Shown: piece by piece, positions 21,706-32,495 of the stretch
How the letters are laid out: the number at the start of each line of letters is the position of its first letter
How positions within the stretch are numbered: position 1 is the stretch's first letter
Assembly: GCF_006345805.1 (NCBI RefSeq)
Contig: NW_021832741.1
Location: 1 to 32,895, forward strand
Origin: Octopus sinensis
Taxonomy: Eukaryota
DNA: 32,895 nt
Reading direction: 5' to 3'
Position numbers and translations under genes: made by a program
The notes under the pieces: model-generated
What the model saw: only the letters and a program-made list of their open reading frames with translations
Told to the model about the DNA's origin: nothing
Databases searched by the model: none

Positions 21706-21983
21706 ACGTACATTTAGGGGACAATAATGTCTTCGAATTTCTTCCAGCCATAGAACATCTTGATTAAACTCCTTCTCTTCACTCCAGATTTTCTACCAGA
21801 AGGAGTCTATGTCTTCTCATGAAGGAGCTTCTGTGATGTTCACTGCTTCTCCTCTCATGTCTCTGTATACTGCTGCCTGGTTCCGGTTAAATTCATTTGT
21901 TTATTGTTTTTCTCTCGGTTATTCTCTTCTGATGTCGGATTTTCTCACTGACAGCTTTTGGCTCCTGTTTGAGGGTAATCAGT

Positions 21984-22146
21984 TTCTGAGTTCAAATTCC
22001 GCCGAGGCCGACTTTGCCTTTCATCCTTTCGGGGTCGATTAAATAAGTACCAGTTACGCACTGAGGTCGATGTAATCGACTTAATCCGTTTGTCTGTCCT
22101 TGTTTGTCCCCTCTGTATTTAGCCCCTTGTGGGTAGTAAAGAAATA
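21984..22146 (+). mobile_element. 5'-truncated SINE type 2 inserted in the R4-like element
   Basis: Matches the 3' two-thirds of 17029-17255. GGTAAT occurs on both sides. Confidence 0.9.
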
Positions 22147-22497
22147 GGTAATGTTTCCAAGTGAGTGCCCCCTTTTTGCTATCTCCAAACATAATTTCTA
22201 TCTCCTTCTTCACTGTTTGTTGGTACGACGTATATTAGCTCGTTTGCATGCAATAAGCATCATCACCTGACTTATGTGCTTCCGTAAATTAGCTATCGTT
22301 TTCTCTGTCTTCAAAACCTATAATGGTACTTTGTTGTTTCGGTTTTGTAGTGGTAGCCAGTGCATATAGACAGTTATTAATCTGCCAGAATGACGGTTCA
22401 TTACACTACTGTAAATACTCCACTCCAATTTCTTTAACAGCTTTTAATATTGTATCTAGTGGCTTTTTGTTTTTACTTATTTTGGTAGAGTATAATT

Positions 22498-22545
22498 AGT
22501 CTTCCCGAGAGCCTTCCCGAGAGCCTTCCCGAGAGTCTTCCCGAG
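22498..22545. repeat. 12-bp minisatellite (CTTCCCGAGAGY), about 4 copies
   Basis: Directly visible within the R4-like element. Confidence 0.9.
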
Positions 22546-22610
22546 GCCAAACTTACTTTTTCTTGGAAAATTTCAGTAAGGGCTCATTTCACAAATATAT
22601 AATCCTGACA

Positions 22611-22645
<35 letters not shown>

Positions 22646-23679
22646 AATGATAATCGTTGTGGTTGATAATCGTTACCATAGTCGTAATAAGGAGACAGTG
22701 GTCAGTTACTTTAACCAGTAATGTATGTATGTATTAATGTATGTATGTGTATATATGAAAGAGTATATAAATTTGATTTATCATTTATTAACTTGTCAAA
22801 AATGCTGCTCACTCGGTCCTTCCTCTGCGCAAGATTAATCAAAATAGCCACGAACGTGGACTGTAAAGAACTTCAACCAAAAACTCACTCATGGAGTGCC
22901 ACCGATAGGCACGAAGTTATTGCAATACATTTAAACTGAACGTCATTATCGAGAGACGAATGTAGAGACAACGTGTTATTTAGTTTGCGTTTCGTGGTTA
23001 CATACACAAACTTGTTTGGGTGGTTAAAACCAAGTAAAGAAATAGACTGGAATGGTAATGTGCCCAATGTTTCCCCATACATACTTCTTACTTTATTCCT
23101 ATTTTCATTTTAAGCTAAACATTTTAACTTAATCATTTTATTCATTTTTATTTTTATTTTTTTGTATTTTTTATAAGGACGTCACAACACAATCGTAATG
23201 AAAAGAGACACCATTTTAATTTCTTCTGTCATGAACCGCTTGAATATAATAGAGTTATGCATCAAATACTCTGCGCTGACGAGATTTGATATGGCAAAAC
23301 TGACTGTCTGTAGATGTAGATAATTAGATATATGTGAAAAATATATATATTTACTTGAATTATAATTTACTTATTTATTTTTGCTTGAAAAAACATTACT
23401 CATGAGGTTTTTTTCCCCTCTAAAAAAATTAAGCTTATGTATGTGTATATGCACGTGTGTGTCTGAGTATGTGTGTGTGTGTGTATGTGTGAGAAAGAGA
23501 GTTTGTGTATGCGTGTTTCTGTGCGTGTGCACCCACGCACATACGCATGCAAACCGATATATGTTTGTAGTCCGGACTAACCAATATTTTATGAGGGAAT
23601 TGGTAGAAGTATCTGTATGGAATCTTTTTATATCTATTTATTTATCTATTTATATATATATATATAATATATATATATA

Positions 23680-23728
<49 letters not shown>

Positions 23729-23751
23729 ATATTATAGATATATATATATAC

Positions 23752-23788
<37 letters not shown>

Positions 23789-24179
23789 CAATCTATTTAC
23801 TTATCTATCTTTCTATTTATCTATCTATCTACCTGTATATATATATATATATATATACATTTATTCATTTATTTTTCTATCTATTTATCTATCTATCTTT
23901 CTATTTATCTATTTATCTATCTATCTGTGTGCGTATGTGTACGAGTTAATGGGCAAATGTGGTAGGGTTTGCCATTGTTATTTTATAATAGTTTGACTTA
24001 AACCCCATGCAGCATAAAGTTTCGCAGAACAAACCTAAGACATCAAGCATTTGGAGACGGAGTAACAGGATTTGATAATGTTCAAAATGGCTATTAAATG
24101 TTAGGATTCTCAATAACACTACGTAACCTGAGATAACCAATCAAGCATCTAAAACACATCTTGAATTTTGTTTCATCCT

Positions 24180-24620
24180 GTTATTCGATCTCCAGTTGCC
24201 TGATGAGCTAGGTTTGTTCTACAAGCCTACGAAACTGTAAGCTGCATGGAGCAGAGTCGAACTGTTATTAAGTTATATACGTAACTCTTACTAACTATAC
24301 TGAACGGCATATTCTTAAGTTTGAACTCCAGACTCGGCTGGGCTCAATCCGCAAATGATAGCTAAATAGTTTATAATGGAGCTACAGCCACTGCTCTACT
24401 CTTTGAAAAATATCTAATTATCACGTAGGAAACTCTATTTAACGTGCCTTCTTGAAAAAAGAGAAAGTGTCTTTAAGCTTCTGCGCTAGGAAGCCTTCTT
24501 CTTTGAGAATCCGTCTACCAGCATACTTGCAGACAAGTTCGGTTTTAAATCCTGTGCTCCCCCAGTTGAAGGACCTGGAGAGTTTTGAAGATGTATTATG
24601 AACACGGAAAAGAAGGTAAG
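24180..24620 (+). mobile_element. Penelope-like element 5' part: hammerhead-bearing pLTR and decayed ORF start (ATG at 24376)
   Basis: MELQPLLYSLKNI*..LYLTCLLEKRESVFKLLR*EAFFFE..DKFGFKS..PPQLKDLESFED matches the N-terminus of Penelope-like ORFs (YSLKNIP..RMRWKA.FF..FGFKS..PP..EL..FE.DL). Confidence 0.75.
24190..24251 (+). ncRNA. Degenerate type I hammerhead ribozyme
   Basis: CTGATGA at 24200-24206; long stem II G(C)TAGGTTTGT/ACAAGCCTAC; GAAAC at 24231-24235; stem I CTCCAGTTGC/GCATGGAG with a 2-nt bulge. The cleavage triplet reads GCT instead of GTH. Confidence 0.6.
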
Positions 24621-26143
24621 GTTTTGACCCCATTCTAACGCTTTCTTTGAATCTTTAGATATAATATGGCAAAAATGAAGCAATCATCGAATGTAAACAT
24701 CTTCACAGACAAAACAAATAGCATGTATGGCAATGATTTCCATGCATACAAGATATCATACAAACGGTATCACCAAAACATACAAAAAGACAAACACCTC
24801 TACATACATTGACATAAACGCTAAAACGTAAGTACTGAGCACTCTGCTAATTACAGAAGATCATATTCGCCCTAAAAAGAGAGGAATAGGCTGATATTAG
24901 AATGGTTATGAAGTTGATCCACGGTAATCGACCGGTTCCACGGCATCGAAAATAAAGCAACACGCAGATTTACTCTGCTCGTTATCGTGGATATTTACAT
25001 TATCTAATATATAATTATATTTGAAAGATGTTAGTTTGATTTGAGAAACATTAAGCTATTATATTTTGCAGGTTGATCAAACATGTATAGATTTTGTTGA
25101 TAGTATTGTCAGTATCAGTTTTTTGAAACAGGATTTTAGAATATTTTTATGACTGTAACAGAAGGTGGGGTGAGGAGAGAAGTATTACATCAGTTGTGGA
25201 AAGAGTGGTTGCATACATGACCTCGTGATTTTAAAACACCACGAAGATATTTTCTCCCGTTAAAGCAGATAGCGGGATGCTCAGAAAATTTCAAGGCGTT
25301 TTCAAAGTTCATAAAACTAAAACCCAACATCACAAGTCTGGCTTTCTTAAAGAGATGTTCGTAATTTATCTCTCATTTTAACCTAGAAATATTATTTACA
25401 TTTATTTTATAGCAATATGACTTCATCCCTAACCTGACAAAAAAGCCCCAAAAGAATTTTTAAAATCAAATATCAGTGGCGTGAAACTGGTAATTAATGA
25501 TGGTCTTCGTCTTCAAACAGTTTGCCCCGGAGGTTCTGCCTGAAACGTCATGCCTCCTTTCTTCACTACAAACTGACATTCCGCATTCAAAGGGTGTATA
25601 TTGTTTTTCCCTCTTTTCTCCTGTTTCAGGATTATTTCTCTCCTTTTCTGCTCAGTCAAATGAATGTCGCAAACTTCGACGTCTTCTTATCTTTTCCTTT
25701 CAACATTAAACTAATATTTATATATATATATTGGGAGAGAGGAAGAGAAGGACTAAAGTTGCATATACGCACACACATACACATACATACATATATATAT
25801 ATATAATATATATATATTATATATATATACACACACATATATGTGCTAATTTATTTTCGTTATATTTTGTTATTTTGCTTTCATTCTGATATTTTTTACT
25901 AACTTAATTTACTTTCTAAATTTTATATATGTATATATATCTATTATAATGTCCTTGCACAAAAAGAATAAACTGGACTATCAACAGGTGTAGAGTAGGG
26001 GGTAAGGTAAATCTCCTGGCAAAATAACATCGCGCTATCTTGTGTTCTTGGCGAATTGACAAGAACACAGGAACATAAACAGACTATACACTTCACTATA
26101 TATACATTCAAGTACTTTGTCCGGCACTCTGCCATTCTGCTAC

Positions 26144-26151
26144 GTCACGTG
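26144..26151. promoter_or_regulatory. GTCACGTG E-box overlapping a CRE half-site, in repeat-poor sequence
   Basis: Motif match only; no transcript evidence. Confidence 0.15.
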
Positions 26152-26321
26152 TCTCGAAAATTCGCAAACACAATTATAAATGCACTTAAATCAGCTTAAA
26201 TCAATATTTGGTTTCTAATTCTACGATTTTCGGTTGGAAAAATATGGTTGTCTTCTGATAATATGTACGATCTGCTGAAATGTTTTGCATGTTCTTCAGT
26301 TGCTTTAAGTGAGATTATAAC

Positions 26322-26359
<38 letters not shown>

Positions 26360-26397
26360 GAATAATAATAATAATAATGATAACGATAATGATAATA

Positions 26398-26459
<62 letters not shown>

Positions 26460-26541
26460 TAATTAATAATAATAATAAATAATAATAATGATGATGATGA
26501 TGATGATAATGATGATGATAATAATAATAATAATAATAATA

Positions 26542-26627
<86 letters not shown>

Positions 26628-26654
26628 TGATGATGATGATGATGATAGATGATG

Positions 26655-26689
<35 letters not shown>

Positions 26690-26889
26690 TAATAATGATA
26701 ATAATAATAATAATAATAATGATGATGATGATGATGATGATAATGATGATGTAATAATAATAATAATAATAATAATAATATAATAATAATAATAATAATA
26801 ATATAATGATGATGATGATGATGATATGATGATGATAATAATAATAATAATGATAATAATATATAATAATAATAATAATAATAATAATG

Positions 26890-26937
<48 letters not shown>

Positions 26938-27006
26938 TAATAATATAATAATGAATAATAATAATATAATAATAATAATAATAATAATAATATGATAATA
27001 ATAATA

Positions 27007-27042
<36 letters not shown>

Positions 27043-27146
27043 TAATAATAATAATAATAATGATGATGATGATGATGATAATGATGATGATAATAATAAT
27101 AATAATGATAATATAATAATAATAATAAATAATAATAATAATAATG

Positions 27147-27185
<39 letters not shown>

Positions 27186-27190
27186 TAATG

Positions 27191-27221
<31 letters not shown>

Positions 27222-27246
27222 TAATAATAATAATAATAATAATACT

Positions 27247-27288
<42 letters not shown>

Positions 27289-27386
27289 TAATAATAATAA
27301 TAATAATAATAATATAATAATAATAATAATAATAATGATGATGATGATGATGATGATGATAATGATGATGATAAATAATAATAATG

Positions 27387-27418
<32 letters not shown>

Positions 27419-27432
27419 TAATGATGAGATAA

Positions 27433-27500
<68 letters not shown>

Positions 27501-27578
27501 GATAATAATAATAATATAATAATATATAATATATAATATAATAATAATAAATAATAATAATAATAATATATAATAATC

Positions 27579-27612
<34 letters not shown>

Positions 27613-27641
27613 TAATAATAAGAATAATAATAATAATAATA

Positions 27642-27677
<36 letters not shown>

Positions 27678-27688
27678 CATAATAAATA

Positions 27689-27734
<46 letters not shown>

Positions 27735-27847
27735 TAATAAGAATAATAATAATAATAATATATAATATAATAATAATAATAATATAATAATTAATAATAA
27801 TAATATGATAATAGAATAATAAATAATAATATATAATAAAAATAATA

Positions 27848-27889
<42 letters not shown>
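26322..27889. repeat. 1.57-kb (AAT)n array with recurring (GAT)n cassettes
   Basis: Directly visible. Confidence 0.98.
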
Positions 27890-27890
<1 letters not shown>

Positions 27891-28080
27891 GATGTACATT
27901 TCTTCACTCTTTCCATCTGATGACCGTCCTGAACATGCGCACGGTGTACCGTGCATCAGGTGCCGAAGTGATCGCAAATGTGAGATGAAATGTTTTGCTC
28001 GAGAACACAACGCAGATCTAGCAACTGAAACCATGATCTCGCAATCATGACTGCAACACCCATTAGGCTATGCGCCTCAT
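27890..28080 (-). mobile_element. Decayed tRNA-derived SINE whose 3' end runs into the (TTA)n array
   Basis: Minus strand GAGGCGCATAGCCTAATGG...GATCATGGTTTCAGTT...GCGTTGTGTTCTCGAGCAAAACA has a tRNA-like head and a CORE-like body. Confidence 0.6.
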
Positions 28081-28098
28081 ATATTATAATATATATTA

Positions 28099-28297
28099 TA
28101 TGTAGTTCCCGGGTTGAGTCGGGGTTAACCACAGTAAATAAGGTACTCAATACATAGCAGAGTAAATTAATTTATTTTATAGAAGGAGCTTCTACAGGAC
28201 TAGAACTGTTTCATTCAAAAGAATCATCAGGAAGCTCCTGATGATTTCTTTTCAATGAAACAGTTCTAGTCCTGTAGAAGCTCCTTCTATAAAATAA
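28099..28297 (-). mobile_element. Penelope-like pLTR fragment with a terminal inverted duplication (126-bp palindrome at 28172-28297)
   Basis: TTATTTTATAGAAGGAGCTTCTACAGGACTAGAACTGTTTCATT... is mirrored by ...AATGAAACAGTTCTAGTCCTGTAGAAGCTCCTTCTATAAAATAA and contains hammerhead cores. The Penelope assignment is inferred from the hammerhead. Confidence 0.65.
28185..28238 (-). ncRNA. Type I hammerhead ribozyme candidate
   Basis: GGAGCUUC-CUGAUGA-UUC UUUU GAA U-GAAAC AG UUCUAGUC CU GUA-GAAGCUCC: perfect 8-bp stem I, intact core, stem III ACAG/CUGU, GUA cleavage site between 28193 and 28192. One extra U lies before G12. Confidence 0.75.
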
Positions 28298-28367
28298 TAT
28301 ATATATATATATAATTTCTTTATTTGTGATTAAGGCTACCTTTGATTTCACGCTATACATATACATA

Positions 28368-28421
<54 letters not shown>

Positions 28422-28794
28422 GTATGTTATATGTATGTATGTAATATATATAATATATATAATATAATTATATGTATGTATGTATGTATATATGTAAGTA
28501 TGTATATGTATAGAGAGAGTCAAATTTAAATTTAAACAATTAAAGTTTAGAAGATTGTTTCCCACTCTTTTCGCCGTGGTTCCCAACACGTTATTTGAAT
28601 GAGTTCGCCTGTGCACTCCGTTGAATATGCCTATCCTTATGTAAGTATGTATGTATGTATGCATGCATGTATGTACGTATGTATGTATGTATGTATGTAT
28701 GTATGTATGTATGTATTTATGTATATATATATATGTATATGTTTGTATGTGTATATATACATATATGTGTGTGTGTATAATATTTTGAACTTAG

Positions 28795-28866
28795 TTCATG
28801 GACTCCCAGTACTACCTTCGCGGACCACCAGGGATCCGTCCGCGGAACGCAGACTGGGAACCGCTG
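28795..28866 (+). mobile_element. Terminal fragment of a hAT-like DNA transposon
   Basis: GGACCACCAGGG...TCCGCGG...CTGGGAACCGCTG resembles hAT/Charlie ends (TIR CAGYGGTTCYCA); only one end is present. Confidence 0.45.
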
Positions 28867-28869
28867 TTT

Positions 28870-30060
28870 TTCAATGTAGGCCTTAAGACATTGGAAACGA
28901 TACAAGACAATACAATGTGGTGTTACATAAAGAAGCTCGTAAAAATTAGAAAATACTAAGAATATGTATTCTGGCAATGATTAATTTCCCCAAAGAGGAA
29001 GGATTTCTTCGAGCTGCTCCAGCAAAACCTGATCACAAGGGCATGTTCCTTCTACAAATTGTGTTCCTTCAGTCTACAAGCGCATGCTTGTAGATTGAAG
29101 CCAGTCCGTTCACGTGGACCAATCTTCACACACCTTTCAACAAAATTGCTTAGAGACAGAACTTCCTTCTTTAAACTCATTTTCATTTTCAAATAAACTT
29201 GAAAATGTAAATGAGAGCTTGCTAAAGTGGAAAGTATCTGTTTTCAGCCTTTTCAATCTAGTCCTATGGCCATCAGTTAAAATAAACACTTTCTGGCCTT
29301 CCCAGTCAAAGGGAAGTGTCAGGACGATCTTCACAGTGAACTTACCCGATAGCCATATCCGTTCTACACGTGACAGCCTTCGATATATACTCACAAGTTA
29401 ACAATGCACGGACACCAGACGAGAGCGTGACCTACGCATCTTACCTAGGTCAACAGTGCAGATTATAAACTTGTGATATGAGTAGGCGACCATTTTAAAA
29501 CGTTTCACGTCCTACTCTATTACTGTGTGTTTTCCTAGTGGAAATTTTGTCTGAATACCATCTTGATGACCCTATGCGGTTGGTCCAGATCTACACTATC
29601 GCTTTAGGGAAATCTCATCAGTTGAAACTGACTGATCAGGTGCTTGAGGCTTTTGCACCCTCCGCTCCTAACAGCTACTCCCACACAATACCAGCGTGCG
29701 TCGGACAGTAAAGGGTGAGACGTACCTAGAATAGTTTCACAAACGCCTAATGAAATCCGGCCGTTATCCCCCGGTATAGGCAAGACACCATCGTCGCTAT
29801 TGTTCACCTCCAGGACCACCAGTTTACCGTCACGGTCCCGGAAGATCTACCTTACCTTAACATCCAGGTCTGTTCTAAACAGCACTGCCGTCCACCTCCC
29901 ATTCCCGGCCAACTAACAGATGCAAAGATTTGATAGTAGCGCGCGCGTGTTGGGAATCCTTGTCTCGCTGACAGCAATTACGTCTAATTCCAAAGACCCA
30001 TGGTCATTAAGCAGATGGATGCCCTTGCTTCCAGAACGACTCCAGGTCTCAAATATTCAG
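28870..30060 (-). mobile_element. Tx1-like LINE fragment: AP-endonuclease domain joined to the ORF2 C-terminus and 3' UTR, RT core absent
   Basis: WKQGH.LND..SLELDVIAVSETRI..TAVLFRTDLDVKVR.IF.DRDGKLVVLEVN..LGTSHPL..GCKSLKHLISQFQL, then KIVLTLPFDWEGQKVFIL..RTRLKRLKTDTF..LIYIFKF.LKMKM, which is homologous to the region at 7750-8000. Confidence 0.8.
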
Positions 30061-30069
30061 TATAGCAGA

Positions 30070-31563
30070 CAACATAAGATAATTAATTAGCTTTAGCACG
30101 AACAAATGGAAAGTAGGTCTCAATCAGATGACTCACTCTTAGGAACAAATGATATCAAAAGAGGAATTACCCAGCGGGACACGTTGTCCCCTTTTATATT
30201 TGTCTCGTGTTTGTTCCCCTCTCAGTTTAGTATCAAGGAAGGCAAAAGCAGGGTATCAGTTCAGAAATGGAAAAATTAACCATTTGCTCTACATGGATGA
30301 GGTGAAGCTTTTTTTTAGTAAGAATGTAAAGGAGATTGATTCTTTAATACAGACTGTAAGACTCTTCAGCAAATATATAGGAATGGAATTTGACATAGAT
30401 ATGTGTGTAATATTAGTCATGAGCTAAATGGTCCGAATCTAGTGAAGGCTGTAAATACTTGGGCAGTATCATTACTTATATACTCAGCAGCTTTTGTAGA
30501 TTGGACAAAACTTGAATTAGCAAAACTTAACAGAGGAACTAGGAAAGAATTCAAAATGAATGGAGGACGCCACCCAAGGGCAGGAGTAGCAAGATCGTGC
30601 CTACCTAGAAAGACTGCGTGCAATTTTCTAGAGTAGATATAGATTCCTATGTAGGTAATAGTGAAGAAAGTTTATCGACGCTGCTAGAGTCACAGCAAGA
30701 TATAGGGAAAGCAAAACACCAAACGAACTTAAAAACCAAAAGAAGAACAGAAATTATCTGACTGGCGGGAGAAGGAGTTGCATGGTAGATTTCAAAAGAT
30801 AGTTTCAGAAAATAGTATTACTGAGGCATGTTTATGGCTGCAGAAGGGAAAGCTGAAGGATGCGGAAAGTTTGTTAGTAGCTGCACGAGATCAAGCTTTA
30901 AGGACTAATTGGATAAATGTCAAAATAGACAAAATCCAGTAGATTCCCAATGTAGATTATGCAAATCAAAAGAGAAAAGCGTTAGTCACAAAGTAAGTGA
31001 ATGTCGCATGCTGGCACAGAAAGAATACAAGAAAAGACATGACAATCTAGTGGGAGCTATCCACTGGGAGTTTTGCAGAAACCTAGGATTTGAACATGCT
31101 GAGAAATGGTATGAACATGAACCTAGTAAAGTGCTAGAAAATAAGAAGTACAAGATTTTGTAGGAGTTTAATATTCAGACTGACACAGTAATAAAAGTAT
31201 TCGTGGACAAAAAGAATAGAAAGTGCCAGATAATTGACTTTACAGTTCCAAATGTTGAAAAAAATCTATACGAGAGGTATAGAAAAAATAGCAAAGTACC
31301 AGGATCTAGGCAATCAATTACAGAAACTATGGAAAGTGCGGGTAAAATGTATCCCAACAGTCATAGGAACGTTGGGTACAACCCCTAAAGATTTGAACAG
31401 ATGGGTAGAAGAAATTGGCATAAAACCTAATTTAGTGCAGCTCCAGAAACCAGTGTTATTAGGGACGCTAGTATACTTAAGAGCGTCCTTGGCATCTAAG
31501 GTTAGGTTGCTGCGTAGTCCGATGTTAGGAGTATTTCTTTTCCAACAGTTCCATCTGTTTGGG
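30070..31563 (+). mobile_element. 5'-truncated R4/Dong-like element (RT, CCHC, REL) ending in (AAT)n
   Basis: IKRGITQRDTLSPFIF, INHLLYMDEVKLF, NGPNLVKAVNTWAVS, LHGRF, CRLCKSKEKSVSHKVSEC..EYKKRHDNL, FNIQTD, IIDFTVP, IAKYQDL, LQKPVLLGT; several frameshifts. Confidence 0.92.
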
Positions 31564-31605
31564 TATAATAATAATAATAATTATATAATAATAATAATAA
31601 TAATA

Positions 31606-31641
<36 letters not shown>

Positions 31642-31664
31642 TAATAATAATAATAATAATAATA

Positions 31665-31696
<32 letters not shown>

Positions 31697-31710
31697 TAAT
31701 AATAATAATA
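31564..31710. repeat. (AAT)n array
   Basis: Directly visible. Confidence 0.97.
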
Positions 31711-32266
31711 TGCCCTGATGCAGTACCAGGCAGTGGCTCTCATGGCTTCTGATCTTAACTGATGGAAGTGTCATCATGTACATTGTTTTGTCTTGGTATA
31801 AAAGATGGGCTACAGCAAATATTCTGCTCAATACCACAGAGTTGCTTGTCAGTTGTTTGACTTTAACCAGTTGAGCATGTCCCTTGATGGCTGACGATAT
31901 GTGCATCTCTGATCATGAGCAGGAGTAGTGGGGGAGCATCATAGCCATGTGTTGAGTGAGGTTCTTTGGGGTTTGAATAATTCGTCTCTGGAAATCATGG
32001 GTGTTTCGTTCAACATCTTTAAACAACCCTTATTCTAGGACCTTTTCAGCGGGATGGGTTACTCGACAGGAAGAAAATTCTAACTGGACTCCACCTGCAA
32101 GGTCATGCGCTGTTTTATTTTTGATATGAGATCACTATGTCGCGCCCATATTGTTGTGATGTATGTGCCTGGTGTACTCTTATCAGACGGGTAATCATGA
32201 TGGGTATACTGGCTTTGTATATTTTATACCCCAGTGTCACTTTGATGGCATGCACTGCTCTCCACC
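31711..32266. mobile_element. Unclassified 556-bp non-coding element embedded in (AAT)n; putative non-autonomous retroposon
   Basis: Complex sequence with sharp boundaries and (AAT)n on both sides; no recognisable ORF, tRNA head or TIRs. Its repetitive nature is my recollection from octopus sequences, not verified here. Confidence 0.55.
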
Positions 32267-32293
32267 AATAATATAATAATAATAATAATAATG

Positions 32294-32326
<33 letters not shown>

Positions 32327-32361
32327 TAATAATAATAATAATAATAATAATATAAAATTAA

Positions 32362-32392
<31 letters not shown>

Positions 32393-32495
32393 TAATATTA
32401 ATAATGATATAATAATAATAATAATAATATAATAATAATAATAAAATAATAATAATAATAATGTGATGATGATGATGATGATGATGATGATATAT
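32267..32495. repeat. (AAT)n/(GAT)n array
   Basis: Directly visible. Confidence 0.97.

Larger units (their letters stand above)
19160..22560 (-). mobile_element. Longest R4/Dong-like copy (pre-RT region, RT, REL C-terminus), decayed, with two nested insertions
   Basis: FNRNQAAVYRDMRG..IDSFW*KIWSEEKEFN; GYWYKKL; YRPIACQNLMYKIYT; WLDYKKAFDSV; FIIYINPLSF..FFLDDFKLF..FSKDIGLEFGQDKC..YRYLG; LRNLHILYPDY..GTVKICKSF. Confidence 0.9.

Noticed and set aside
22498-22545. Short direct repeats as a possible CRISPR-like array
   Set aside because: Contiguous 12-bp tandem units without spacers, in a eukaryotic retroelement.
24924-24935. CGGTAATCGACC, also present in reverse near 32680, as possible TIRs
   Set aside because: Only 12 bp, about 7.7 kb apart, with no shared flanking duplication or internal transposase.
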